64,000 nt of DNA from Pseudomonadales bacterium (GTDB lineage: Bacteria; Pseudomonadota; Gammaproteobacteria; Pseudomonadales; IMCC2047): NCBI GenBank assembly GCA_024234615.1, contig JACKNY010000002.1, positions 243,528 to 307,527 on the forward strand, read 5' to 3'. Positions 10,777 through 20,068 of this stretch are shown here, one piece after another. The first letter of the stretch is position 1, and every line of letters begins with the position of its first letter. The notes under the pieces were generated by a model. The model saw only the letters and a program-made list of their open reading frames with translations. It was not told where the DNA came from and ran no database searches. The translations under genes and the position numbers were made by a program.

Positions 10777-10930
10777 TGAAGTATAAGACACAAAAAAATA
10801 GTTACAACAAACACTTAGTCAAAAAATCCCGGTTTAACCAAAGTTTTTGAGATGTCTGTAACTATTTGATTTCATATAAAATTTTTAAAGAGCAATAAAT
10901 ATTAATATTTAGTTCCATATAAACACGAAG
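10777..10930 (-). promoter_or_regulatory. CRISPR leader with IHF-like sites
   Basis: AT-rich. Minus-strand AATCAAATAGTTA (10859-10871) fits WATCAANNNNTTR exactly; a 2-mismatch site lies at 10806-10818. I-F leaders are known to use IHF. Confidence 0.75.
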
Positions 10931-11018
10931 TACAGATCCAGTTATAAACGATTATTACTACTACTTCTGATACGTAAATACTCTAACAACGCTCCATTGG
11001 GGTTTGGGGGAAATCAAC

Positions 11019-11354
11019 TCACACGCCGCACCGCTCTATTTTCTCTTCAATCGCAGCACTTACGAAGGCATTTAATGATTGTTCACCCGCAGCGATTGTT
11101 GCCCGCCGATGTAAATCAGGAGAGACCCTCACATTGAATGTCCCTTTGAACGGAATATTAGGTTCTTTTTTTTGCTCTCGGCAAAAGGTTAAGTAGTCGT
11201 CAACCGCCTCTTTAAACGCTTTTTCAAGATTTTTGACTGTCGTTGCTTCGTAGTTAACCAGGTCGCGAATGTACGCCAGTTTTCCATACAGGCAGTGATC
11301 CTCCGCGCTGTATTCAGCAGTGCCATAATAGCCTTTATATTCCAGCATATTCAT
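11019..11354 (-). CDS. hicB: HicB-family antitoxin (C-terminal RHH)
   Basis: MLEYKGY.G..EY...LYGK; FKGTFNVRVSPDLH; start overlaps the hicA stop. Confidence 0.88.
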   Translation of the reverse strand: MNMLEYKGYYGTAEYSAEDHCLYGKLAYIRDLVNYEATTVKNLEKAFKEAVDDYLTFCREQKKEPNIPFKGTFNVRVSPDLHRRATIAAGEQSLNAFVSAAIEEKIERCGV

Positions 11355-11593
11355 ACTAAACCTTCACGCTCCAACATTTCTTTAACCTGCTTCACCGCAT
11401 AGGTTTTTACTTCCTTTTGCGGGTGAGGCTTATGCAACTTAATAATCACGACGCCATTGGTAAAACTAACACGTGAACCGGCACCTTCGACTTTCTGAAA
11501 TCCCAGGTGAGACAGCAGTAGAACCATATCAGTCCATTTAAATTGTCCTGTCGATGCTTTAAATCTCGCCAGCAACTTCTCTGTTTTGCTCAT
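11351..11593 (-). CDS. hicA: HicA-family toxin (RNase)
   Basis: MSKTEKLL..F, GSRVSF, LHKPHP motifs; ATG at 11593. Confidence 0.85.
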   Translation of the reverse strand: MSKTEKLLARFKASTGQFKWTDMVLLLSHLGFQKVEGAGSRVSFTNGVVIIKLHKPHPQKEVKTYAVKQVKEMLEREGLV

Positions 11594-11613
11594 TTGAGTC
11601 CTTTCAATTATGT

Positions 11614-11662
11614 GCAACTAATTATAGTTGCTCTAGCGCAATTCGCAACTAAAATTAGTTGC
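11614..11662. promoter_or_regulatory. Two 18-bp palindromic operators upstream of hicA
   Basis: GCAACTA-ATTA-TAGTTGC (11614-11631) and GCAACTAA-AA-TTAGTTGC (11645-11662), 31 bp apart; probable HicB sites (inference). Confidence 0.7.
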
Positions 11663-11727
11663 AATCTGCTCTCCTTTCTAGCCGATCATAATCACTTCAT
11701 GGCTTTATTCCCTCTGTTCCAATGAAA

Positions 11728-12279
11728 CTAGAACCAGGGAATGGTTGCTGTTTTGCTAAGGCCAAATTGATCAAATCTACCCTCCCTTGATTCATTTATT
11801 AATTCTCCAAACTCAATATAGCGCCGGTGCCGGTGCCCATTGGAACCACTCACCAATTCAACATAGGGATTATCCAGCCCTTTGGTAAACATTTTGACTT
11901 TGTATTGTTTCACTTCATCCGCCGAAATCGATCCGCGCTTTAACAAGCGCTCCAATTTTGAATGACTCATGGTGGTTTGCTTTCGCCCAACAGTCCGGTA
12001 TTGGCAATCAGAAGGGACGGGGAGCACTTCGCTGACCTGACAATAGCCTTTCATACCGCCTAACCAATCGGCCTTTTGTAGCTCGCCTAATTCCTTCGAA
12101 GCGCCATGCAGGCGCAGGATATTACCCAGGGTGATTTGATAACATGGGAAGCTGACACCTATATTTGTTGCTTCTCGGTCATTCAGGGCTTTGTGGAGTT
12201 TGGCGTAGAGCGCGTTCATAAGCACCGTTACAGGTAGTTCCGGATCCGACAATATTTTTATGTTCAGATAATATTCCAT
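11728..12279 (-). CDS. cas6f: Cas6f/Csy4 crRNA endoribonuclease
   Basis: LYAKLHKAL (catalytic His region), IGVSFP, FDQFGLS...IPWF C-terminus. Confidence 0.95.
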   Translation of the reverse strand: MEYYLNIKILSDPELPVTVLMNALYAKLHKALNDREATNIGVSFPCYQITLGNILRLHGASKELGELQKADWLGGMKGYCQVSEVLPVPSDCQYRTVGRKQTTMSHSKLERLLKRGSISADEVKQYKVKMFTKGLDNPYVELVSGSNGHRHRRYIEFGELINESREGRFDQFGLSKTATIPWF

Positions 12280-12287
12280 AGCGCCCC

Positions 12288-13313
12288 CTATTTATCACTT
12301 TCACCGAAGACACCACCTCGTACCAAAGTTGCCATGACATAGTGTTCATCTTCAACGCGCGTCAATGCTTCACCTCGCGCCCACTTGTCGAAAAAACTAT
12401 AGAAATCCTGTTTATCTTTAGGTGTACGGTAGGCTTTACCAAGATTGGTAACAGCACCATAAGGCTCGACTGCGATAGGGCCTGCCGAACTCTCTGGATC
12501 ATTAAATTCTGGGTACCAAGTATCAATGGTGCGCAGCGCGTTACCCAGCTTTTGGGAGTGCATAGCGGCAACACCATCAACCTCATACAATACTTTACTT
12601 TTATTGCCTTTACCTTTATCCAATACGAGCTCTTCACTGGGGTAAACGTCCTGAGCCTTGCCCACTTGTGCGTAGCATGTAATATCCAGCATTAGAAAAT
12701 CATCCTCGCTAGCTAGAGCACTAGCAATACAAGCAGCTAGATCATTCACCTGATGATCATCTGAATCAAAGTTACGGGGGTTGAATTGGTGCGCATCGAA
12801 CTGCCACTCCTGCTCAGCACCCTTGTTCAACGCCCTCACCTGTACTTCAATATTTTCCGCACCCACACGATTGCGCCATAGGAAACGAGCATTGGCTATA
12901 TTCAATGCATAGCGGCGCGCCAGTTCACGAAAACGCTCTTTCTCGACATAGGCTTTAGCCGCCATACTGTAACTTTGCTTAAAGGCTGCATTATTACAGG
13001 CCGACGGCTGGTGAATACCGCCTAATACTTTGAGGGTAAAATGAAGTTCAAGCGTATCCTGTTCGGTTTCGAGAGCACAGGAATCCACTGTTTGCAGATT
13101 GGCCTTCTCCACTTCTTTATTCAGCTTTACTGGATCGTTCTGAATAGCCGGTTTCAAACGATTGGAAATGGTGCCGCGAACGGATTTTTCTTTTAACTTG
13201 AGCGGGCTTGGTTCATTACGGTTGTTCCATTGAGTGCCGAACATATAACCGTCCGATGGCACCAGTTTCTTTTCAAAGGCCAGTACGGATGCAATATTTT
13301 CATTTTTAGCCAT
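12288..13313 (-). CDS. csy3: Cas7f/Csy3
   Basis: VLAFEKKL, EKSVRGTISN, NIANARFLWRNR, HSQKLGNALRTID, RGGVFG. Confidence 0.96.
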   Translation of the reverse strand: MAKNENIASVLAFEKKLVPSDGYMFGTQWNNRNEPSPLKLKEKSVRGTISNRLKPAIQNDPVKLNKEVEKANLQTVDSCALETEQDTLELHFTLKVLGGIHQPSACNNAAFKQSYSMAAKAYVEKERFRELARRYALNIANARFLWRNRVGAENIEVQVRALNKGAEQEWQFDAHQFNPRNFDSDDHQVNDLAACIASALASEDDFLMLDITCYAQVGKAQDVYPSEELVLDKGKGNKSKVLYEVDGVAAMHSQKLGNALRTIDTWYPEFNDPESSAGPIAVEPYGAVTNLGKAYRTPKDKQDFYSFFDKWARGEALTRVEDEHYVMATLVRGGVFGESDK

Positions 13314-13340
13314 GAGTTTTCTCCTTGTTTACACAGATAA

Positions 13341-14261
13341 TTAAAAGCCATCTTCTTCAAGCAAAGATTGCGGGCTTGGTTTAGATTGCTGACATAAATA
13401 CAGATTATTTTCAGGTTCAAAGTGATAGCTCCAGAACAGTTCTTGCGGAGTTTCCAATTTGTAGGCCATCTTAAACTCACCCAGAGTCACTATGCTTTCT
13501 GCAAAACGGTGAGGCACATCAGGATCGCGCTGATTTTCCGCTCGACCCAGTTTGCTAATCCCCTGAAACCCGGTAGCGATTGGAACTATCCAACCACGTT
13601 GATCCTGGTCACCGGTGGGTTTGCGCTGACTACTCCACGTCACCTTTGCTTCTCCGTTTTCTTCATGCTGCTCGCAGCTATGGTGAATTGCTAAGTAGTC
13701 CAACATGGCGTCAATAGCATCTTGACCTTGTTCCATCGCTTCAATCATTAAGTCGCGCCTCTCTATCAAGGCGTAACCGGGCATGAGTTTAGGCTTTAGT
13801 AGACTAAAATTTTTATAGAAGGCTGGTTTCTCAAAGCTTAAGATATCGCCACCGGCGATTTTTATCTGACTGTTCAAGCAATGGATAATTTTCTCCAATG
13901 CGTCATCCTCTTGCAGCTTGTCAATGCCATCGTAGAGAATCACCAAACTGACCTCTAGGTGACACCGAGCCTCTTCAATAAATGCTGACCGGGTACCGTC
14001 TTTATCCAACGGATTGGCGGTCCCGACAATGGAATATTCGAAGTCACCAGGCCCCTTGTAGGTTTGCAAATCAAACTGATGGGAAACGACACCCATCTTG
14101 TCAAAACGAGCATCAACTCCCTTAGCATTAAGTTTACGCTGCAAAGCGTGTACGACACCCAGCCAAGCGGTCATGGCCGGAAACCCAATGGTAAAAGGAC
14201 TGGAAAGTGCATTAGCATTTTGAATGCGGATATGGGGTATTAGTAGCACATTGTCAATCAT
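13341..14261 (-). CDS. csy2: Cas5f/Csy2
   Basis: IQNANALSSPFTIGFPAMTAWLG; HRFAE; operon position. Confidence 0.95.
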   Translation of the reverse strand: MIDNVLLIPHIRIQNANALSSPFTIGFPAMTAWLGVVHALQRKLNAKGVDARFDKMGVVSHQFDLQTYKGPGDFEYSIVGTANPLDKDGTRSAFIEEARCHLEVSLVILYDGIDKLQEDDALEKIIHCLNSQIKIAGGDILSFEKPAFYKNFSLLKPKLMPGYALIERRDLMIEAMEQGQDAIDAMLDYLAIHHSCEQHEENGEAKVTWSSQRKPTGDQDQRGWIVPIATGFQGISKLGRAENQRDPDVPHRFAESIVTLGEFKMAYKLETPQELFWSYHFEPENNLYLCQQSKPSPQSLLEEDGF

Positions 14262-15523
14262 CGCAATGCCTCCCGATGGGTTGTGATCACGCCTTTAAGA
14301 TACTCGCGTTCAGCAGAACCTAAAGTAACCGATTTTTTTATCGTCTTTTGGTAGGCCTTGCCGATCCAAAGGGTGATTTCCTTGCAGAGTTCCATCAACC
14401 ATTCATCCTCCTTCTCTCGCTGCAGTCTGTATTCAGGGCAAAGCCAGATTTTTTGATATTGCGGTAATTGGCTGGTTTCCTCCCGATACTGCTCTTCAGC
14501 GATAGACCGCAGGGCCGCCATCCGCGGGATAATCACATCGAGAATTTCCTCAATCCGGTGATCTCGCCCGCTTTCCAGATTGCGGCGTGGAATCATACTG
14601 TCCAAGCCAATTTTGAAAATGCTGTGTAACTTTAATAATGCATCATGAATGTCGTAATAACGAATCGCGTTAGTAAAAAAGTTTTTGACAGGAAATTGAA
14701 TATCACGTTTTACCAACGTCGGAGGTACTGACAAAAGCAAACGCGCTTTACCCCCGTGCTGATTGTTTAATACGCTTATATTTTGCGGTTTCGTGCCACC
14801 ATAGCCAATTGTCGTGATGTCATAGATTTCTGAAAAACTCTTTTCACTCGGCTGATTGTTGCGTTTCCGCTCACGCAGGATCTTTTGATTTTCAGAGAAT
14901 CGTAGCGCATCAATGCGATGACGCAACTCGTAAATTATTCCAGAGTTGCTCAGTATAGAGAGCTGGTGATAATTATTACCCGCAGGAAAGTAGACCTGTT
15001 TAATTTTGGAGCTGGTTATACTTTTGTCACTGCCTAAAGTCATCGCCAGAAAACCGTCTTTTAGCGTTTGATAATTTTCCGTTTCAATCGACAATAGTTC
15101 CTTAGCCAAATCAGAATCATGTTGGATATGTTGCAGCAACGTTTCACCATTTTGCATCTCCAAAGTGAGAAACTTGTAGACATCCAGAGCAGCGGCATTA
15201 CCCAGTGCATCACCCTGCACCTGAGCATTGCCGGTTCTTAGGTAACCGTCTGGTGCTTGGGAGGCGCTAGCGATAACAGAGGTTACATACCCATTTTTAT
15301 TCTTTCTTGCACTGGGATGACTAAATGTACAGGGATGACTAGAGATGTTTATTTGACCGGCGCGTTTGGCCGCATTAGGTAGCCATTGCTCGGGAGAGAA
15401 AAGCTGCTCACACTCAAACTCTAGTGCCAGCACTTCGTCGTTCTGCATCGAGGGTTTCAAACTTTTTTTTAACCAGCCTTCTTTACGCTCAGTAAAAAAG
15501 GCACCTATTGCAGGGTCTAGCAT
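14258..15523 (-). CDS. csy1: Cas8f/Csy1
   Basis: WLPNAAKRAGQ, SHPCTFSHP, GNAAALD, KQVYFP, GGTKPQNIS. Confidence 0.96.
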   Translation of the reverse strand: MLDPAIGAFFTERKEGWLKKSLKPSMQNDEVLALEFECEQLFSPEQWLPNAAKRAGQINISSHPCTFSHPSARKNKNGYVTSVIASASQAPDGYLRTGNAQVQGDALGNAAALDVYKFLTLEMQNGETLLQHIQHDSDLAKELLSIETENYQTLKDGFLAMTLGSDKSITSSKIKQVYFPAGNNYHQLSILSNSGIIYELRHRIDALRFSENQKILRERKRNNQPSEKSFSEIYDITTIGYGGTKPQNISVLNNQHGGKARLLLSVPPTLVKRDIQFPVKNFFTNAIRYYDIHDALLKLHSIFKIGLDSMIPRRNLESGRDHRIEEILDVIIPRMAALRSIAEEQYREETSQLPQYQKIWLCPEYRLQREKEDEWLMELCKEITLWIGKAYQKTIKKSVTLGSAEREYLKGVITTHREALR

Positions 15524-15526
15524 GAA

Positions 15527-18500
15527 TTATCTCCTTTCGTCCTTAAACAACCCAAATTGATCGTCGTATATATAATTAGGGGGTGATTGATTCTCATAGG
15601 GCTCTTGAATCACCACCTCGCCATAACGAAGAGCCGCCGTATTCAGGCTGATTTCTTTTTGCTCAGCCTGTACTTCAAGAAGGCTGCGGTAATCTCGAAA
15701 AAGCCAAAACCGCTGTCGCTGCTGATCAGAAAGCTCCATATTTTGAATACGGTAGCAATCGTCCTGATTGATTAGATCTCCCGCGACTGTGAATGCAGCT
15801 TTCCCCTTATTATCTTTTTCTGTGAAATAGCAGTGTCCTTTGTCATCAAAACAGCGATACAGGTGTATACTCGCCCTGCTTTGCCGGAAGCGATTAAGTG
15901 CTTGTGGCAAAGCTGTCATAAACCAATTTTGGCTTAAATAGCCCTGCAGTGTTTCTGGGCCTTTTGCATCGTATTGTTTCAGCCAATGCGCGGTTACAGC
16001 ATGTTCCAATCGGGCAAGGCCAAAACCTTTTGGCGGATTTTCATCGATGCGGGGTATGGCATCCAGCCGTTCTGCAACCGATTTTTCATTAACCAGTATT
16101 CTCAAATCATGAACTTCACAGGACGCGCTTCGCTCTCTCCCATTCACCTTGATCTGGCCATTAAACTCATAGCCTGGCATGCAAAAATAACAGGCGTGCT
16201 TTTTATCCCCCGACTTGATGGTTTTCCAATTGTATTGCAACAAGCCGACATTCGATGTTTGAACCGCCCCGGAACGGTGACGCCTCACCCGTCCGGCCAG
16301 TTGAACAATGGAACGATAAGATGAGGGTTCAACAATGGCCCAATCAAAATCATGATCGCGACCAACCTCTTCTACCGGAGTAGCGATCAGAATAAACACT
16401 ACATTTTTGGGCGGCTCAGATTGATTTGATAACGAATCCAGGTGTTCCCGAATCAGAACATTTTTGAACGCTTTCGCTTTTTCACCGAGTTTTTCCTTAT
16501 ACTTTAGCACCGCATCCAGATGCCTTTCCTGTTCGTGCCTTAATAACATTACCTGTTGGCTGTGATAGGGCATCACCCGGATTGCTGTATCTGTGGGTAA
16601 TGGGCATTCCAGCAGATAACGTGTCAATGCAATACAGGGGGAAATGTTAGCCATGCGCACCACACCAAAAGATACTTTCAAATCAGTTGCTTGATCAGTT
16701 TGGTGGTGTTGATGGTGTTTGATCAGAGCATCCTGGAAAATGGTCTCGAAATAGCCTGTCTGTCTCGTTGTTTCAATATCACCCTTCCCTGAGGCTTCCA
16801 GCTCCAGTATCATTTGACAATCAATAATATTGGCTTTGCGTTTTGCCTGCTGTTTACACAATGCAGCGACCCTCTTTTCGATAAAAATACTGTGTGCGGC
16901 GGCATACTCCTGGTTTGCTTGCACTGCATTCTGGGCGCTATTGTTAACAATGTGGGTAGTGAACTCGTCAATCCAGGCACAGCCTATAACCTGGCTCGCA
17001 TTACGGGTTTGGCAATACAGCTGCCAGCCCCGTTGGTAACAATTAAAGTATCCTTCCGCTAAAGAAGGTGGAATCGTAGCTGAAGAGATCATCACCTTCC
17101 TCCCTAGCATTCCCGCTAAATGAATCAAACGTCCAATAGCAATTAAGTCCGAGCCAGTAAAGTCGTCAATTTCGTCAATGACTAAATCTGACGACATCAA
17201 ACGCAGGCTCGGTAAGATATATCGCCCACCACGGGTGGTTTCGGTGGCTGCCATGATGTGGTCAATGGTGCAAGTTAGGATGGGGGCATAGAGGAAAGCT
17301 CTGTCTCTTTGGGTTTGTAGCAGCGTCGCTAACCCATCCTCAGGAGTATCACTATCAAAAATAACCTCATCACTATTTCCAAGCAGAGATTCCTGCGATT
17401 CTGAGCCCTGCTCCGTTGTTGTGTCACCCTCAGCTTGCTCCTTCGCCTGCGCGTGCAACTCAGCGACTGCTTTGGAACCAATTAACACCGCTAAATCACT
17501 ACCGTCAGTATTTTTGAAAATTCTTTCGCGATATTCGTCACCGGTTTGTAATGTCAAAGTGCGCAGCCCAAGCGCCAAAATATAGCGAAGGCTATCCTGG
17601 TTCTCAGAAAGCGCTAACATAGCTTTCGCATTGGCAAAGGTTTTGCCGCTACCCGTACTAGCCATATTAACGGCGAAAAAACCATGTTTCGTTTCGTTAC
17701 TGGCTTTAACCCACTCTTGGATTTTCGAAGCTGCCCTATCCTGCCAGCGGTACTCGGCGGGGCTTTTTTTTCTAAGCTCGGCAATGTTGTCAGAATCCGG
17801 TAATGCCTGCTCCAACACAGGAAGCTTATAGACATTACGCAGTGCCTGCCGGTAGACACCCACTAGATGCTGATCCAATGACTGTTTGGGCGAACCACCC
17901 TTTTGGGTATTGGCGACCAAGCCAGTGGTATTTCGCCACTCACCGGACTCCTTTAAAGTCAGCGATGAATAATAGTGATCACCCAACATCAGGCAAAGGC
18001 GGGCATGATGTAACACCGTCCGGTAACTACCATCTTGCATAATCTGTGCGACAAGCTCTTGTTGGCCTAGCAGCTTTTTAGCCCAACGTTTGAGTTCTTT
18101 TAACCAGGGCTGGGAATTACTAATTAGCCCCTTGGGGAAATGAAGACAATCTTTAAGCTGCTGATCGTAGCCATCAAATCGGTTTTCGTAACTCCAATCT
18201 TGAGTAATGTATGCAAACAGGTCGTCCATAGTTTCCGTTGCAACACCGCACCACTCATTCAGTAATATGCTAGGCTTTAAGGTCTGCAACGGTAAGCGGT
18301 GGTGGGTTAAAATCAACCAAGCAACCAGCTTAGCTGTCTGCGGTAGCTCGGCAAGCGGCCTTCGAAATTTTAGAAGATCAGTTTGCTTTAACGCTTCTTC
18401 ATTAATTTCGCCCTCGGCCAGCTGCGTTAACCAACCGCTATCCGACTCCGAATCCGTCTTGCAGATCAGCGCTTTGAGTAATAGACAAGAGATCCATTCA

Positions 18501-18949
18501 TGGCGAAGTGCATCGCCGTATTTGCCTTTGTACTCCTGTGATAATTTTTCCTGAAAGCGGGCGCTGGCTTTACCCCAGTCATGCAACAAGGCCGCCAGGG
18601 ATACCAACGACTGAATAAGGGGAAGATACTTCCAGTCAGCGCGATCATCGCGGTACGTTCGATTAACCGTGGTGCTATTCACGGGAACTAAACCCAGACC
18701 ATTAAATTTGCTTTTATTCCCAACCAACCAAACCAACTCCGTCCGTGACCGGCTCCTTACCCAATGACAACTCACCGCCGTATTCTTGGTTGCAGTTTTG
18801 CGCAGCAGTTTTTTCACTGCCAACAACCCTTCTTGCGTGATGACGGTTTGCCAAGTATTGTCACCAATGCGGTCCGCAAACGCATCCAGCACCCGCCGGG
18901 TACGGTTAAGTGCCTTTTTCTCGCATTGAGAGACGAAAGTGACCATCAT
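15527..18949 (-). CDS. cas3f: Cas2-Cas3 fusion (Cas3f) nuclease-helicase
   Basis: N-term MMVTFVSQCEKKAL...RVLDAFA (Cas2), LLHDWGK (HD), MASTGSGKT, DEIDDF, SAT, QLAGRVRRH. Start set at ATG 18949. Confidence 0.97.
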   Translation of the reverse strand: MMVTFVSQCEKKALNRTRRVLDAFADRIGDNTWQTVITQEGLLAVKKLLRKTATKNTAVSCHWVRSRSRTELVWLVGNKSKFNGLGLVPVNSTTVNRTYRDDRADWKYLPLIQSLVSLAALLHDWGKASARFQEKLSQEYKGKYGDALRHEWISCLLLKALICKTDSESDSGWLTQLAEGEINEEALKQTDLLKFRRPLAELPQTAKLVAWLILTHHRLPLQTLKPSILLNEWCGVATETMDDLFAYITQDWSYENRFDGYDQQLKDCLHFPKGLISNSQPWLKELKRWAKKLLGQQELVAQIMQDGSYRTVLHHARLCLMLGDHYYSSLTLKESGEWRNTTGLVANTQKGGSPKQSLDQHLVGVYRQALRNVYKLPVLEQALPDSDNIAELRKKSPAEYRWQDRAASKIQEWVKASNETKHGFFAVNMASTGSGKTFANAKAMLALSENQDSLRYILALGLRTLTLQTGDEYRERIFKNTDGSDLAVLIGSKAVAELHAQAKEQAEGDTTTEQGSESQESLLGNSDEVIFDSDTPEDGLATLLQTQRDRAFLYAPILTCTIDHIMAATETTRGGRYILPSLRLMSSDLVIDEIDDFTGSDLIAIGRLIHLAGMLGRKVMISSATIPPSLAEGYFNCYQRGWQLYCQTRNASQVIGCAWIDEFTTHIVNNSAQNAVQANQEYAAAHSIFIEKRVAALCKQQAKRKANIIDCQMILELEASGKGDIETTRQTGYFETIFQDALIKHHQHHQTDQATDLKVSFGVVRMANISPCIALTRYLLECPLPTDTAIRVMPYHSQQVMLLRHEQERHLDAVLKYKEKLGEKAKAFKNVLIREHLDSLSNQSEPPKNVVFILIATPVEEVGRDHDFDWAIVEPSSYRSIVQLAGRVRRHRSGAVQTSNVGLLQYNWKTIKSGDKKHACYFCMPGYEFNGQIKVNGRERSASCEVHDLRILVNEKSVAERLDAIPRIDENPPKGFGLARLEHAVTAHWLKQYDAKGPETLQGYLSQNWFMTALPQALNRFRQSRASIHLYRCFDDKGHCYFTEKDNKGKAAFTVAGDLINQDDCYRIQNMELSDQQRQRFWLFRDYRSLLEVQAEQKEISLNTAALRYGEVVIQEPYENQSPPNYIYDDQFGLFKDERR

Positions 18950-19165
18950 GAGTTTTATTAATCCCATTCTATTTGTAAGGATTAGACTGTTGTCACGCCA
19001 ACGAATCAACAGCCTTCGCCCTAATGACTACCCCAAATACCAGATGCAGCATCCAAAGACTCGGCGATTGGTCTTCACTACCAAAGAAGACATCAGCCTT
19101 ACTCTCGACGAGAGTATATTTTAAATAAAATCTATTTAAAACCTATAGGAAGTTGATTTAATATA

Positions 19166-19247
19166 TAACTCTGCCGTATAGGCAGCTTAGAAATATAGTA
19201 AGTTCATTTAAATCTTTATCTTTACTGCCGCACAGGCAGCAGACCAG
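19166..19247 (+). ncRNA. CRISPR mini-array (degenerate repeat - 26-nt spacer - degenerate repeat); putative CreR/CreA-type regulatory RNA
   Basis: Repeat 1 TAACTCTGCCGTATAGGCAGCTTAGAAA (19166-19193); spacer 19194-19219; repeat 2 CTTTACTGCCGCACAGGCAGC... (19220-). Both Cas6f hairpins intact. Spacer matches 19144-19161 behind a CC PAM. Confidence 0.85.
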
Positions 19248-19282
19248 GGAGAAATCACTACATGTGTTTCTCCCTGGTTTTT
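19243..19282 (+). terminator. Intrinsic terminator closing the mini-array transcript (possibly bidirectional)
   Basis: 12-bp stem ACCAGGGAGAAA / TTTCTCCCTGGT followed by a T run. Confidence 0.7.
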
Positions 19283-19300
19283 CCAATTTCACTTTGATGA

Positions 19301-19885
19301 TCATTTCCCCGCCAACTTTTTAACAGTTTTGTTCTCTACCAGTAGCCCCATCTGTTGAATAGCGATCTGGTTAAGACGAACTAATCGTTCTTGTTGGGCC
19401 AACCCATCGTTAATAAATACCGTATTTAGATTTCCCATATTAGCCAAGCAAACCAATTGGGTAACATTCGCGTAGTCACGAATATTGCCACTTTTGTCTG
19501 AGTGTTCCGCTCGCCATTGAGAAGTGGTTTTACCAAAAAGCGCCACATTGAGGACATCAGCTTCACTGGCATACATCTGGTTTATTGCCTGCTGTGATAA
19601 AGCTTCGGGCACCAGATTTCCTTTAATGGCATCGGTATGAATACGATAGTTTATTTTGGCTAGATTACGCTTAATGTCCCAATCTAAGCCTTTTTCTTGC
19701 TCGCTTTTTAACCCCTGAAACTCTTTGATTAAATAAAACTTGAACTCTACTGAAACCCATGACGCGAACTCTAATGCAATATCAGCAGGCGACTCAGGGT
19801 TTTTATATTTTGCAATATCTGTGATGCTAATAAAGTCTTCGGTGCTCGTTTGAGTGAATGAAATTTTCCTGCCAATAACATCCAT
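19301..19885 (-). pseudogene. KilA-N-family DNA-binding protein with in-frame deletion of the KilA-N core
   Basis: FISITDIAKYKNPE joins directly to DIALEFASW..EFK.YLIKEFQ.LK; C-term KINYRIHTDAIK, YASEADVLNVALFG, NIRDYA typical of the family. Confidence 0.7.
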
Positions 19886-20068
19886 AGTCTGATTCCTACT
19901 ACGCATTACCCATACCCCTCTTTGTAACACTGAAACCTTTAGCCGTTATCAACACGATTAAGAAAATATAATCATTCGATAAAATAGTGATGTCTTCCCC
20001 CTGAATCGTCACCAACTTATATTTGCTCACCATTTGTTTTGCTCCTACTACATTTATATCCATATTCA

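Noticed and set aside
19166-19247. Mini-array as an RNA anti-CRISPR (Racr) or a decayed immune array
   Set aside because: It lies inside the host cas locus, and its spacer has a PAM-flanked local target with position-6/12 mismatches, which fits regulation better; not formally excluded.
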